DNA from: Thermodesulfobacteriota bacterium
Lineage (GTDB): Bacteria > Desulfobacterota > Desulfobulbia > Desulfobulbales > SURF-16
Length of the DNA stretch: 64,000 nt
Reading direction: 5' to 3'
Assembly (NCBI GenBank): GCA_040755455.1
Contig: JBFMAY010000001.1
Span: 1 to 64,000 of the forward strand
Under the pieces are notes generated by a model. That model was given only the letters and a program-made list of their open reading frames with translations. It did not search any database and was not told where the DNA came from. This document shows positions 29,355-39,433 of the stretch, one piece after another (within the stretch, counting starts at the first letter, position 1; the number at the start of each line of letters is the position of its first letter). The translations under genes and the position numbers were made by a program.

Positions 29355-30536
29355 ATGAAATCAGGAAAAATTACGTTAAATACCTGTCAAAATATCGGCG
29401 ATCTCATCGTTTACAGGAATGAACCGATAATAAGATTTCTATTCTTCATGAAGTTTTCGCCTCTATTGATAGGCATTCTTTTCTTTTTCTTTATTTCCCT
29501 TCCATTAACCTTTTTTGGTGCTATCACCGCTACAAACCAAAATGTTCATAATTATGTAACTTATTGGGAGAATATTAGCTGGTCTGTTTCAATCATATTT
29601 ATATTCCCTTTTGTTGTTGGCCTAACGGCAAGATACTACCTTGAAATTCCAAAGTTATTCGAAAAACTATCAAAAAAAATTGGCAATAAGCAAAAGAGTG
29701 AATTGTCTGATTTTATTTCATCGATAGATAGAAAATTCAATAATCCGATTTTACCAATTATTATTTTTCTAATAACAATTGCGCTAAATTATATATATTA
29801 TATCCAAATTTTGGATAAAGAGCCTTACTGTAGTTGGATTACAAGTGGATTTTTATTTAAAGATAGTCTGAATACGAAATCAGGATTTACCTATTCAGGT
29901 ATTTATTCCGCTTTTATACAAGTTATATTGATTTATTGGATTTTAAATATAGCTTGGAAAAGCTTTGTATTTTCTTTTGCTCTTTTTTTATTTTTCAATA
30001 AATATAAATTTGAAATGGATGTTAAACCATTACATGAAGACAAATGCTGCGGTTTAAAAGTGATTGGCGATGTTGGAATGATTTTCAATGCCATTTTGTT
30101 CTTAATTGGTATTTATATTTCATTAAAAGTAATGGATAAAATAGTTATACAAGATCTTCCTATTACAAATGATATTGGAAATCCTATAATTCTAGCTTGC
30201 TATACATTTCTTGCGCCGCTTCTTTTTTTCTTGCCGCTCTCGGCGCCTCATAAGAAAATGAAGCTCATGAAGCAAGAATTTATTAATCCGCTAATTATCT
30301 ATTATTCTGAAATGATAGATAAATTAAGAAATAATCCAGTAATTGAAAATAAATATGAAGAGATAGAAAAATTGGATGTTTTAATTAAAAAACTGGACAA
30401 TCAAATACCCGTATGGCCATTTAATTTTAAATCACTGCAATCCTTCTTTGGCACAGTGATTACTCCAATTTTGCCGATAATTTTACCATTTTTAGTGAAA
30501 GCTGTTGTGGGTGTAGTCAAAAAATGTTTTGCATAA
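29355..30536 (+). CDS. AT-rich polytopic membrane protein, unknown function
   Basis: 393-codon ORF in AT-rich DNA; several TM segments; PLHEDKCCGL and PVWPF motifs. Confidence 0.8.
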   Translation: MKSGKITLNTCQNIGDLIVYRNEPIIRFLFFMKFSPLLIGILFFFFISLPLTFFGAITATNQNVHNYVTYWENISWSVSIIFIFPFVVGLTARYYLEIPKLFEKLSKKIGNKQKSELSDFISSIDRKFNNPILPIIIFLITIALNYIYYIQILDKEPYCSWITSGFLFKDSLNTKSGFTYSGIYSAFIQVILIYWILNIAWKSFVFSFALFLFFNKYKFEMDVKPLHEDKCCGLKVIGDVGMIFNAILFLIGIYISLKVMDKIVIQDLPITNDIGNPIILACYTFLAPLLFFLPLSAPHKKMKLMKQEFINPLIIYYSEMIDKLRNNPVIENKYEEIEKLDVLIKKLDNQIPVWPFNFKSLQSFFGTVITPILPIILPFLVKAVVGVVKKCFA

Positions 30537-30755
30537 CAGTGGGGGCAAAGCGGGGCAAAGGGACGTCCTGAAATTATAAAAAATAACACTGGAGCCAAGA
30601 AAATTTATATTTTTATGGACGTCCCCTGCTGTGCTGAATTGCACCAAACAACCGGCTGTCACTCACTATCGCGCTCGCCTGCGGGGAAATTTCATGCCCT
30701 CTCTGTACATGTTCGACAGGATAATGATAAAGTGCCGAAAAAGGAGGAGGAAAAT

Positions 30756-31979
30756 ATGATGAGCCATTATCAAAAGATCTGCTGCAGCCTGTTTTTTCTT
30801 GTTCTGACATTTTCTGTAGCACCACTGGCGCAGGGGGAACCGGTCAACATGCTTTCCCTGCAGGAAGGGGCGCTGGCGGTGACGATTCCGCCAACCTATG
30901 GCGGCTGGAACGCCGAGAATCTTCTTGATGACAGCCCCCAGTCGGGATGGGCCTGCGAATCCGGCAATATCGCCAACAATATCTTTGTTTTTGAACTGGT
31001 GGACGCAACCACCCTTGAGCGGTTTGAATTCGACAACACCTCGGTGGATGCGGAGGGCGCGGGCGCCAAGGATGTTCTGGTGGAGGTCTCCACCACTTCG
31101 GCGGGCACCGGCTTCACTCCTGTGCTCAAGGCCTCGCTGGCCGACAAAACCGACCAGCAGAGCTTTCCCGCCGCGGCCAAGGCGCCGGCGCACTGGGTGC
31201 GGCTTACCATCAAAAACAACCAGGGCAGCCCCGAATGGACCGAACTCTTTTCCTTCAGGGGATTCGGCGAAAGGCCTGCCATGGCCACCCCGGCCAACAT
31301 CTCCGGCACCTATGAAACCAGCTACTCGCTGTTTCATGTCCGCCAGCAGGGGACTGCCCTGGTCGGTTGCTATGAGTACAGTGAAGGCCTGCTAAACGGC
31401 GTCATCGAGGGCCGGGTCATGAAGATCACCTGGCAGGAGGCAGGGGAGGATAACCTGGGGCCGGCTGTGATGGTCTTTTCCCCTGACGGAAAATCCTTCC
31501 GAGGCTTCTGGTGGCGCCAAGGACAAGGGCAGGGCGAGCCGGCCGGCAACTGGGACGGTAAAAAGACCGCCGCGCAGGTGGGGAGCTGCCCGCACTGGAC
31601 CGGTTCCGTGGGCGGCGAGCTGAAAAAACAGCTCAGTGCTGAAAAACGGGCCAGGCTTTATGGCATTCTTTTTGATTTCAACTCCGCCGTCATCCGTCCC
31701 GAATCAAAACCCGTGCTGGAGGAGGTTCTTGAGCTGCTGCGCAGCGAAGCCGGCTGGCAGTTGACCATCGAGGGCCATACCGACGCCATCGGTTCCGACG
31801 ACCGGAATCAGACCCTCTCCCAGCAGCGGGCCGAAGCGGTCAAGGCCTTTCTGGTGGCTGGCGGCGTGGATGCCGCCAGGCTCGCCACGGCTGGTTTCGG
31901 GGAAGCAAAACCTGTGGCAGACAATGCCACGGAACTGGGCCGGGCCCAGAACCGGCGGGTGGAGCTGGTCCGGCAGTAG
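30756..31979 (+). CDS. OmpA-family protein with N-terminal discoidin/F5-8-like domain
   Basis: RBS AGGAGGAGG; signal peptide; ILFDFNSA, IEGHTD, NQTLSQQRAEAV, NRRVEL. Confidence 0.85.
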   Translation: MMSHYQKICCSLFFLVLTFSVAPLAQGEPVNMLSLQEGALAVTIPPTYGGWNAENLLDDSPQSGWACESGNIANNIFVFELVDATTLERFEFDNTSVDAEGAGAKDVLVEVSTTSAGTGFTPVLKASLADKTDQQSFPAAAKAPAHWVRLTIKNNQGSPEWTELFSFRGFGERPAMATPANISGTYETSYSLFHVRQQGTALVGCYEYSEGLLNGVIEGRVMKITWQEAGEDNLGPAVMVFSPDGKSFRGFWWRQGQGQGEPAGNWDGKKTAAQVGSCPHWTGSVGGELKKQLSAEKRARLYGILFDFNSAVIRPESKPVLEEVLELLRSEAGWQLTIEGHTDAIGSDDRNQTLSQQRAEAVKAFLVAGGVDAARLATAGFGEAKPVADNATELGRAQNRRVELVRQ

Positions 31980-32365
31980 TGCCGGTCTGAAAAGAAATTG
32001 ACGTTTTGTGACGGTCTCGCAAAAATGATCGACCGTCGGCGGCAACTGGGCAACAGGGCATCTTGAAATCCCCCCCTCGTTTCACCCCTCCCCACGGAAA
32101 TGCTCATTGTAATGTATGGTGGCGTACTTGGCCATCGACAATGGATGATTGTCCGGCCCTGAGGGGAGAGGGTGAAGGTTGTCAGGGGGAGACTTTTTGC
32201 TTCTTGAATATGTTATGTAAGGGTTGATTCAGGTATTTTTTAATCTGGGAGGTTGACTTAGTAATACGGTTTCAATAAAATCAATAAATTACATATTGGC
32301 AAGTTGCAGATGATGTCCGGCTAGACCTTTCTTTGATATTTTTATTCATTTCATTGTATTACATT

Positions 32366-34951
32366 ATGAATAGAACGGAAAAGTTGTTTCATGAATATGT
32401 CAGGAATGGCCGTGTCGCCTATCTTTATCATACCTTATGTAACTATACCGCCTGCTCGCTGTTTATTCTTTTTGCTCTCCTTTCCATCGGTACTTCGCCG
32501 GTATACTCCCAGGGGGATCAGCCCCGCAGCAATGAAATAACCGCCGCTGTTCTGCGCGATTTCCCTCCTCTCTATATGCTTGATGATGCCGGCAAACCCG
32601 CAGGTTTTGCCATTGATATATTAACCAGGGTTGCCGATAAAACAGGCTTGCAGGTTCATTATCTGATCGTGGAAAACTGGGCTGCGGCCATGGAGGCGGT
32701 ACGAACTGGCGAGGCGGATCTGATCCCGGGAATCGGCATCAGTGAGACCCGCTCGACGGAGTTTCTTTTTTCTGATGCCATTGAGACAATCCCTGTTTCC
32801 TGTTTTGTTCGGGCAAAGAATTACACAATTGACAGCATCAAGTCTCTCAAAGATCAACGCGTTGCGGTCATAGAAAAGAGCGCGGCAGAGACCAAGCTCA
32901 AGGATCAGAGTGACATCAAGCTTGTTCCTTTTCCCAATATCGACTCGGCTTTGATTCAGCTTCTCACCGGTGATGTGGATGCCTTTGTGTTTCCCGAGCC
33001 TGTTCTCTGGAAAAAGGCACGAGATGCGGGGGTGGCGGATAAAATCAAGGTCGTGGACTTGCCGCTGATGGAATTGAAGAGGGGCTTCCTGGTCCGCCAA
33101 GCCGATACCGTTCTGCTTAAAAAAATAAACCAGGGGATTGAGGTTTATATCCAGTCAGGGGATTACCTGGCGGACTTTGCCAAATGGTATGGCAGGCCTG
33201 AGCCTTTCTGGAACCTGCGGAGGACCATTTGGGCCATGTCCGGCCTGATCATCTTCGTTATTGTCGGGATGGCGGGCTGGCGTTATTACTCGGTGGTGCA
33301 GTTCAGCCGGCAATTACATAACAACATTGCCATTCGGATTGAGGCTGAAAAGGCCCTGCAGAAAGCCCATGACGAACTGGAAGAGAGAGTTGCGGCCCGC
33401 ACAAATGAATTAAAGGAAGAAAAGGAAAAGGCCCAGAAATATTTAAATATCGCCGGCGTCATGATGGGAGTTCTCAATACGGCGGGCGAAATAATCTTAA
33501 TAAATCAGAAGGGATGTCAAATATTGAATGTAACGGAATGTGAAGTAATCGGGCAAAACTGGTTTGACCGTTACCTGCCCGAAAAAATTTCCGATGATGT
33601 AAAGCAAGTATTCAATAAGTTGATGGCTGGTAAAACTGAACTGGTGGAATATTATGAAAATCCCGTACTGACAAGTGATGGCAAGGAGCGAATCATCGCC
33701 TTTCATAACACGCTTTTGACTGATGAAAAGGGGCAAACCAAGGGGGTCCTTTTTTCAGGTATGGATATTACGGAACGCAAAAAAGCGGAAGAAGAAAAGG
33801 CCAGGATGGAGGAGCAACTACGACAGGCCCTGAAAATGGAAGCCATCGGCACCCTGGCCGGCGGCATCGCCCATGATTTTAACAATATTCTCAGTGCGAT
33901 CATTGGCTATACCGAAATGGCGATAGAGGACCTTCATCCGGATGCAAAAGTTGCCAGAAACCTGGGTGAAGTTCTCAGGGCTGGGTTCAGGGCAAGAGAT
34001 CTGGTAACGCAGATTCTCGCCTTCAGCCGCCAGGCAAACATTGATCCGATTCATCTTCATCCGGCAAGCATCATTAAGGAGGGGATAAAACTGCTCAGAT
34101 CCTCAATCCCGACCACCATTGATATTCATGAAGATATCGATCCGGCAACAGGAGTGATCTTGGCTGATCCCACCCAGATTCATCAGATATTAATGAATCT
34201 GTGCACCAATGCGTTCCATGCCATGGAAGAAAAAGGCGGAAGGCTGGAGATATCCTTGCGGGAAACTGAACTTGATAAGGGGAAATTAGGCAATGAACCC
34301 AGCGTTGAAGCCGGAACATTTGCGCGATTAACCGTGCATGACAGCGGTACCGGCATTGACCCGGGGATAAAAAATAATATATTTGACCCTTATTTCACCA
34401 CCAAGGAGGCAGGCAAAGGCACCGGCATGGGATTGGCCATTGTCCACGGTATCGTCCAAAGCTACGGCGGTTTCATCACCTGTGAAAGTGAACAGGGCAG
34501 CGGGGCAACCTTCAATGTGTTTTTACCAGTGGTCAAGCAGGACGGGGTAGACAAGGTAGAAATTTTCGACGACATTCCGACCGGCAAAGAAGAGATTCTG
34601 TTTGTTGATGATGAAGCACTGATCGCCGACATGGCCAAGGAAATACTGGAAAGACTCGGTTATACCGTCACCGTAAGAAAAAGCAGTCTTGAGGCCCTTG
34701 AGACTTTCCATAATCAACCAGATAAATTTGATCTTGTCATCACTGATCAGACAATGCCCGGCATGACCGGTACCGAACTCTCCAGGCGCATGTTGCAGAT
34801 CCGTCCCGACCTCCCCATCATTCTCTGTACCGGCTACAGTTCCATCGCTTCGGAAACCGAGGCCCGATTTCTTGGCATTAAAGAATTCGCTTTCAAGCCC
34901 ATTTCGCTTAGGCATATGGCCAGGCTCATACGCAACCAACTGGATGAATAA
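32366..34951 (+). CDS. Hybrid sensor histidine kinase (SBP family 3, PAS, HisKA, HATPase, receiver)
   Basis: DFPP...GFAIDIL; LAGGIAHDFNNIL; MNLCTNA; GTGMGLA; ILFVDDE, TDQTMP. Start uncertain. Confidence 0.92.
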   Translation: MNRTEKLFHEYVRNGRVAYLYHTLCNYTACSLFILFALLSIGTSPVYSQGDQPRSNEITAAVLRDFPPLYMLDDAGKPAGFAIDILTRVADKTGLQVHYLIVENWAAAMEAVRTGEADLIPGIGISETRSTEFLFSDAIETIPVSCFVRAKNYTIDSIKSLKDQRVAVIEKSAAETKLKDQSDIKLVPFPNIDSALIQLLTGDVDAFVFPEPVLWKKARDAGVADKIKVVDLPLMELKRGFLVRQADTVLLKKINQGIEVYIQSGDYLADFAKWYGRPEPFWNLRRTIWAMSGLIIFVIVGMAGWRYYSVVQFSRQLHNNIAIRIEAEKALQKAHDELEERVAARTNELKEEKEKAQKYLNIAGVMMGVLNTAGEIILINQKGCQILNVTECEVIGQNWFDRYLPEKISDDVKQVFNKLMAGKTELVEYYENPVLTSDGKERIIAFHNTLLTDEKGQTKGVLFSGMDITERKKAEEEKARMEEQLRQALKMEAIGTLAGGIAHDFNNILSAIIGYTEMAIEDLHPDAKVARNLGEVLRAGFRARDLVTQILAFSRQANIDPIHLHPASIIKEGIKLLRSSIPTTIDIHEDIDPATGVILADPTQIHQILMNLCTNAFHAMEEKGGRLEISLRETELDKGKLGNEPSVEAGTFARLTVHDSGTGIDPGIKNNIFDPYFTTKEAGKGTGMGLAIVHGIVQSYGGFITCESEQGSGATFNVFLPVVKQDGVDKVEIFDDIPTGKEEILFVDDEALIADMAKEILERLGYTVTVRKSSLEALETFHNQPDKFDLVITDQTMPGMTGTELSRRMLQIRPDLPIILCTGYSSIASETEARFLGIKEFAFKPISLRHMARLIRNQLDE

Positions 34952-35049
34952 TCGGGGGCGCAAGGCAGCCGGCCCCCTGACTTTTCAAGAATTTTTTGTT
35001 GCATTTTCAGCAGAAAAACATTCATTGGTAGTTGGAGGATATTGCTGTC

Positions 35050-35271
35050 ATGTCGATCAAACTACTTGCCCTGGATCTCTACCGTGCCCAGCAGAAGGTG
35101 CACCAGCTCGAAGCGCAGCTGGCGGAAGCATCGTTCAATCAACAGGATGCCATCAGTGAGCAGTTGCGCGAGGCCAACGAAGAACTGCAGCTGCTGCGCA
35201 ATATGCTTGAGGGCGCCAAATCGCCTTTGCCCTACCGCACCGATCACAACCAGATGAAGCGCAGGATTTGA
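35050..35271 (+). CDS. Small coiled-coil hypothetical protein
   Basis: RBS GGAGG; MSIKLLALDLYRAQQKV. Confidence 0.65.
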   Translation: MSIKLLALDLYRAQQKVHQLEAQLAEASFNQQDAISEQLREANEELQLLRNMLEGAKSPLPYRTDHNQMKRRI

Positions 35272-35334
35272 TGTTTTTTCCGCCGGCTATTCCGGCCGTC
35301 TGTTTTTTTCATCCGCGTTCTTGACAGGCTTATC

Positions 35335-36000
35335 ATGTATCCCTTTGCAAAAACCATCTCATCAATTAAAAAAGGCGATCTGCTGGTGCTGATGTTTGCC
35401 TGCGCCGCTCTGGCGGCTTTTCTGGTGTTTCTGACCGTGGCCGGCATCACCTGGCTCACCGCCGGGCTGGTCAACCTGCAGACCGGGTGGCTCGATACCC
35501 TGGTCAACTGGCTGGTGGGCATCGTCACCGGTATTGGCGGCTGGTTCATGCTGCCTGTCCTGATTGTGCTGGTGGCCGGGGTCTTTCAGGAGGCGATTAT
35601 CTACCGGGTGGAGAAGGCCTCTTATCCGAATGAGATACGGAGCGGCGAACCCCGTTTTTGGGCCGATGTGGGCCACGATATCAGATTTACCTTAAAGGCC
35701 CTTTTTCTGAACCTGCTTATCCTGCCGCTGTATCTTTTCGGCATCGGCTTTATCGCCTCGGTGATCTTAAACAGCTATCTGCTCGGCCGGGAGTTCTTCA
35801 TCGCTGCCGCAGGCTACCATCTCGGCAAGCCTCAGGCCGGGGTGCTCGCGCGCAGCCACCGCCGGGAGGTGTACGGCGGCGGTTTTGTCATCACCCTGCT
35901 GGCCCTGGTGCCGGTGGTCAATCTTTTCATGCCGATCTTTGCCACGGTATGGATGGTGCACGTTTATCACGCCATAGGCAAGAGCGGCGTGCGCGCCTGA
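35335..36000 (+). CDS. EI24 / CysZ-like membrane protein
   Basis: TM pattern; NSYLLGREF; LVPVVNLFMP. Confidence 0.8.
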   Translation: MYPFAKTISSIKKGDLLVLMFACAALAAFLVFLTVAGITWLTAGLVNLQTGWLDTLVNWLVGIVTGIGGWFMLPVLIVLVAGVFQEAIIYRVEKASYPNEIRSGEPRFWADVGHDIRFTLKALFLNLLILPLYLFGIGFIASVILNSYLLGREFFIAAAGYHLGKPQAGVLARSHRREVYGGGFVITLLALVPVVNLFMPIFATVWMVHVYHAIGKSGVRA

Positions 36001-36091
36001 TTTCTTGATCCCTTCCCGGTTTCCTGGCAGCTGACGGCTTGCCAGGGCGCTATGCGCGGGAGGCGCGAGGAGCCGGATTCGCCAAAGCGGG

Positions 36092-37189
36092 TCAGTCCTT
36101 CTCTTTAGGCACATCAAGTCCCAGAGGTCCCATGATTTCCCGGTTGAAACGTTGTTGAACGAACTCCAGGGGTTCCTGGTCAACAAGCCGGGCTATGTCC
36201 CTTATCTTTTCGGCAAAACGTCTGTTTCTGTCCCGGCACCGGCTGCGGGCCTGGTCAATCAGTTGCCAGTCCCGGTCAAGCATGAACTGCTGGAAGGCCT
36301 CAACAATCTCCGGAAAGAGCACCTTGCGCAGGCCATCGAGAAAGCCGATGTAAAAGCCTAGGGAGGCCTCTCTTTTCTCTCTGATGATGAAATTGATCAT
36401 GCCCTGGGGATGGGTATCCGCCAGGATATCCTTGATGGTGCGGCCCACGAACTCAATGGCGGAATCAGGGAATCTGCCGATGATTTTTTTTAGGGTATCG
36501 CTGTCCAGGGTGGTCTGCATCCTTTCTCCCACCTCATGGTGGATGAAGATGGGTATTTCCGTATCAACGATGGCGTCAAGCCTGTCCCGGCTGGCCTGCT
36601 GGTTGAGCCGGCCTTGGGAGAGCAGCCCATAGTGGTCCAGGGCGTGGTGCATGGGTGACCTGCAGGAGGCGCGGATATCCTGGATATGGTCCCAGAAGAA
36701 GAAGCGGAGCGGAGCGCGCCGGATGGCGATGATGCCGTCCTGCAGCATGGCAAAGGGGCTGGCCAGCTCTGTTGCCTTTTCCCGGCCAAGGATAACGACC
36801 GGGCATCCCGCAATGTTCTCTTCCCTGATCTTTTCCGCCAGAAAAAAGATGGCCTTCATGGAGCGGCCGTAACCTGAGCCGTAGACAAGGTTGGTACCGG
36901 CAAGCAGGCGGTTGATCTCGGCCGTATCCCAGGGGCCGACGGCGCGGCTGTCCATGGGTAGATTGTGGTAGCTCTCCTGTCCCAAGCCCTGCCAAAGGTT
37001 TTCCCTGGCCTCGATCCAGTCGAGCAGCTCAGCCGATTCCGGCTCGTCCCACGGTTCGATGCCGTGCTCCCATTTATAGAGATTGCGCAGTTTCAGCACC
37101 AGGGTACAGATGGAATAGATGCCGCTATCCCTGGCGTCGGAAATATGGCAGTTGTGCTGTACGGTCTGGGAGAAGGTCAAATTCGGCAT
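36092..37189 (-). CDS. Conserved protein (Sfum_1244-like family)
   Basis: NCHISDA...YSICTLVLKLRNLYKWE; YGSGYG; HHEVGE. Family name is from recall. Confidence 0.65.
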   Translation of the reverse strand: MPNLTFSQTVQHNCHISDARDSGIYSICTLVLKLRNLYKWEHGIEPWDEPESAELLDWIEARENLWQGLGQESYHNLPMDSRAVGPWDTAEINRLLAGTNLVYGSGYGRSMKAIFFLAEKIREENIAGCPVVILGREKATELASPFAMLQDGIIAIRRAPLRFFFWDHIQDIRASCRSPMHHALDHYGLLSQGRLNQQASRDRLDAIVDTEIPIFIHHEVGERMQTTLDSDTLKKIIGRFPDSAIEFVGRTIKDILADTHPQGMINFIIREKREASLGFYIGFLDGLRKVLFPEIVEAFQQFMLDRDWQLIDQARSRCRDRNRRFAEKIRDIARLVDQEPLEFVQQRFNREIMGPLGLDVPKEKD

Positions 37190-37193
37190 TTGT

Positions 37194-37472
37194 TTACCTC
37201 ATGCGCTCAATGGGTGATTGCGGAGAGAAAGCCCAGGCGTCGCTCGCTTTCTCAGTGGCAGGGTCGGGTACTGGTTTGTCCTGCCCTGTATCAGCTCTTG
37301 TCTGCTGGCGTTTTTTTCTTTTACAGCAAGCAATGGACCGGCATGTGCGGCAGCGTTCGTTGCCGCACCACTGGCAGGAAAAGCAGTCAGGGCAGGGGTG
37401 CTTTTTGCTGTTCGGTTTGCTGTTCGGCACATAGATCATCCCCTGGTTGCCGGGAAGTTGCTTAAAGGCCAT
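37194..37472 (-). CDS. Small Cys-rich protein
   Basis: RBS GGAGG; CPDCFSCQWCGNERCRTC; ends 4 bp before the next gene. Confidence 0.6.
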   Translation of the reverse strand: MAFKQLPGNQGMIYVPNSKPNSKKHPCPDCFSCQWCGNERCRTCRSIACCKRKKRQQTRADTGQDKPVPDPATEKASDAWAFSPQSPIERMR

Positions 37473-37538
37473 TATTGCCCTCCACCCTGTAAATTACCTG
37501 ACGATCGGATGCCAGGGAGGCTGCCGCCAACCGTCCCA

Positions 37539-38165
37539 TCATTTTTCCCGTTCCTTGCCCCAGATGTTGTCGAGAAACTGATCCCGTCCTGAACCGGAGC
37601 GGTAAAACTTATAACGCAGCGGGTTCTTCCGGTAATAGTCCTGATGATAATCCTCAGCCGGGTAAAATGTTGTGGCCGGCACAATCGGTGTGACAATAGG
37701 CTTGCTGAAAACATTGCTGGCAGCCAGGGTCTCCTTTGATTTTTCCGCCGCTGCCCTCTGCTGCTCGTCGTGATAAAAAATGGCGGTGGAGTATGAGTGG
37801 CCGCGGTCAACGAACTGGCCGCCCGGGTCGGTCGGGTCAATCTGGTGCCAGAAGACATTCAGCAGCTGCTCATATGAGATTTTGGCCGGGTCGTAGAGGA
37901 TTTCCACCGCTTCAATATGGGCGCCTGCCCCATAGTTCTCGTAATTCGGGTCTTTGCTGGTGCCGGCCGTATAGCCGGATATAACGGCGGCAACCCCGTC
38001 CAGGCTTTCAAAGGGCTTTTCCATGCACCAGAAACAGCCGCCGGCAAAGGTCGCCCTGGCAGATACGGTGCTGCCTGAATCGTCGGCCTGCAGAGGTCGG
38101 GCCGGCGCATGGAGCGAAATAACTGATGCCACAATGAACAAATAACATATCGTGATGGGTTTCAA
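37539..38165 (-). CDS. msrA: Peptide-methionine (S)-S-oxide reductase, exported
   Basis: FAGGCFWC, DPTD.GGQF.DRG, FYPAEDYHQDYY; signal peptide. Confidence 0.95.
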   Translation of the reverse strand: MKPITICYLFIVASVISLHAPARPLQADDSGSTVSARATFAGGCFWCMEKPFESLDGVAAVISGYTAGTSKDPNYENYGAGAHIEAVEILYDPAKISYEQLLNVFWHQIDPTDPGGQFVDRGHSYSTAIFYHDEQQRAAAEKSKETLAASNVFSKPIVTPIVPATTFYPAEDYHQDYYRKNPLRYKFYRSGSGRDQFLDNIWGKEREK

Positions 38166-38320
38166 GTCGTGTCCTCCAATGATAAAAGAGTCGCAGTCTC
38201 TTGGCTATATAATAATCATTAAAACTGCCAGGACCATATGCCTCAATCTGAAGGTCCTGATCACAAAATCTCCTTTAAACTCTTGCCGTGTTTTTCCTTT
38301 CCCGCTCCGGGTAGGCGGCA

Positions 38321-38380
38321 TCAGTAAAAAATGGGGCAAATGCCCGCTTGATAGTGGTGATTTGCCCCATTTTTTACTGA
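38321..38380. repeat. Perfect 21-bp inverted repeat with 18-bp spacer
   Basis: TCAGTAAAAAATGGGGCAAAT ... ATTTGCCCCATTTTTTACTGA. Confidence 0.95.
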
Positions 38381-38466
38381 GAGCTGTTTGGCGGGTCTTT
38401 TGGCTTTTATGCTGTAACTTTTTGAAATCATGATGGTTTATGTAAAAAATGTCCTCTGTCACTCCG

Positions 38467-38482
38467 TGGCACAATGAGTGCT
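38467..38482 (+). promoter_or_regulatory. Sigma54-type -24/-12 promoter
   Basis: TGGCAC-AATGA-GTGCT with GG-N10-GC spacing. Confidence 0.65.
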
Positions 38483-38689
38483 ATGGGATAAAGATAAATG
38501 TGAGATCTGCATTGATACTTCTTTGCCACATACAGATGTGCATAAATGAAAAAATCATCATCTGTCAAGTGGTGAATCAGGCAGGGATAGATAGTAAAAC
38601 ATTCCACGCCGAAACCGCCATTTCGGTTGGATGGTTAAGGAGTAATCACTGTTGCGCCGGCAGTGACTGGGCCGGCAGGGAGGAGCGCG

Positions 38690-38806
38690 ATGGAAGGGTT
38701 ACTGTTTCTCGTTTGCTGGATTGGTTGTGCTTTGTTGCATACCCTTTATGACGTCAAGGTGAGACCGCTGCTGCAGACCTCGGGCAAGGAAGAGGATTTT
38801 TCGTGA
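38690..38806 (+). CDS. Small membrane protein, 38 aa
   Basis: GGGAGGAG RBS 5 nt before ATG; MEGLLFLVCWIGCALLHTLYDVKVRPLLQTSGKEEDFS. Confidence 0.55.
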   Translation: MEGLLFLVCWIGCALLHTLYDVKVRPLLQTSGKEEDFS

Positions 38807-38872
38807 GTAGACCGTCCGGGAAGGCATACCCGGCATATTCATGCCATCAACCTTCAGCAAGGAGATCTGGTT

Positions 38873-39346
38873 ATGCAACGGCTGACTGCGCAACCTGTCG
38901 GATATCAGGGAGAGGTCATGGACATCAATAAATTGCAGATGAAACCCAGCGCATCCGATCTGCCGGTTTATTCCCTGCGAGAGGCGGCACAACTGTTGAA
39001 TGTGCACCCGCAGACCCTGAGGAAATATCAGGCTGCAGGGCTTGTCAGGCCGATCCGCCAGGGTTCACGCTGGCTGTTTTCCCAAAAGGACGTCATGTGG
39101 ACGGAGTGTTTGCGGTCAATGATCCATACGAAGAAATTGAGCATTCCCGGCCTCAGGAAGCTGCTGCAGCTTGTTCCATGCTGGATGGCCGCTTCCTGCC
39201 CGGTGGAGATTCAATGTCATTGTCCGGCCCAGGTTGACTGGAGTCTGCCCCGCCGGCTGCAGCTGGTGGGCGGCAGGTCTGCCGCACGCGATAACGAAGC
39301 CGCCGGCCAGACAGATGGCCCGGATCAGATGCCCTGCGGCGCTTGA
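38873..39346 (+). CDS. MerR-family (HspR-like) transcriptional regulator with Cys-rich C-terminus
   Basis: YSLREAAQLLNVHPQTLRKYQAAGLVRP; PCWMAASCPVEIQCHCPA. Confidence 0.85.
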   Translation: MQRLTAQPVGYQGEVMDINKLQMKPSASDLPVYSLREAAQLLNVHPQTLRKYQAAGLVRPIRQGSRWLFSQKDVMWTECLRSMIHTKKLSIPGLRKLLQLVPCWMAASCPVEIQCHCPAQVDWSLPRRLQLVGGRSAARDNEAAGQTDGPDQMPCGA

Positions 39347-39433
39347 CGGCCGGCGTGCCGCCGCAAAAAACCGCTGCCCTGCCTCTCCATATTCCCCGAA
39401 GGGATTTTACCACCCTCCTGCCGAGACAGTCTG

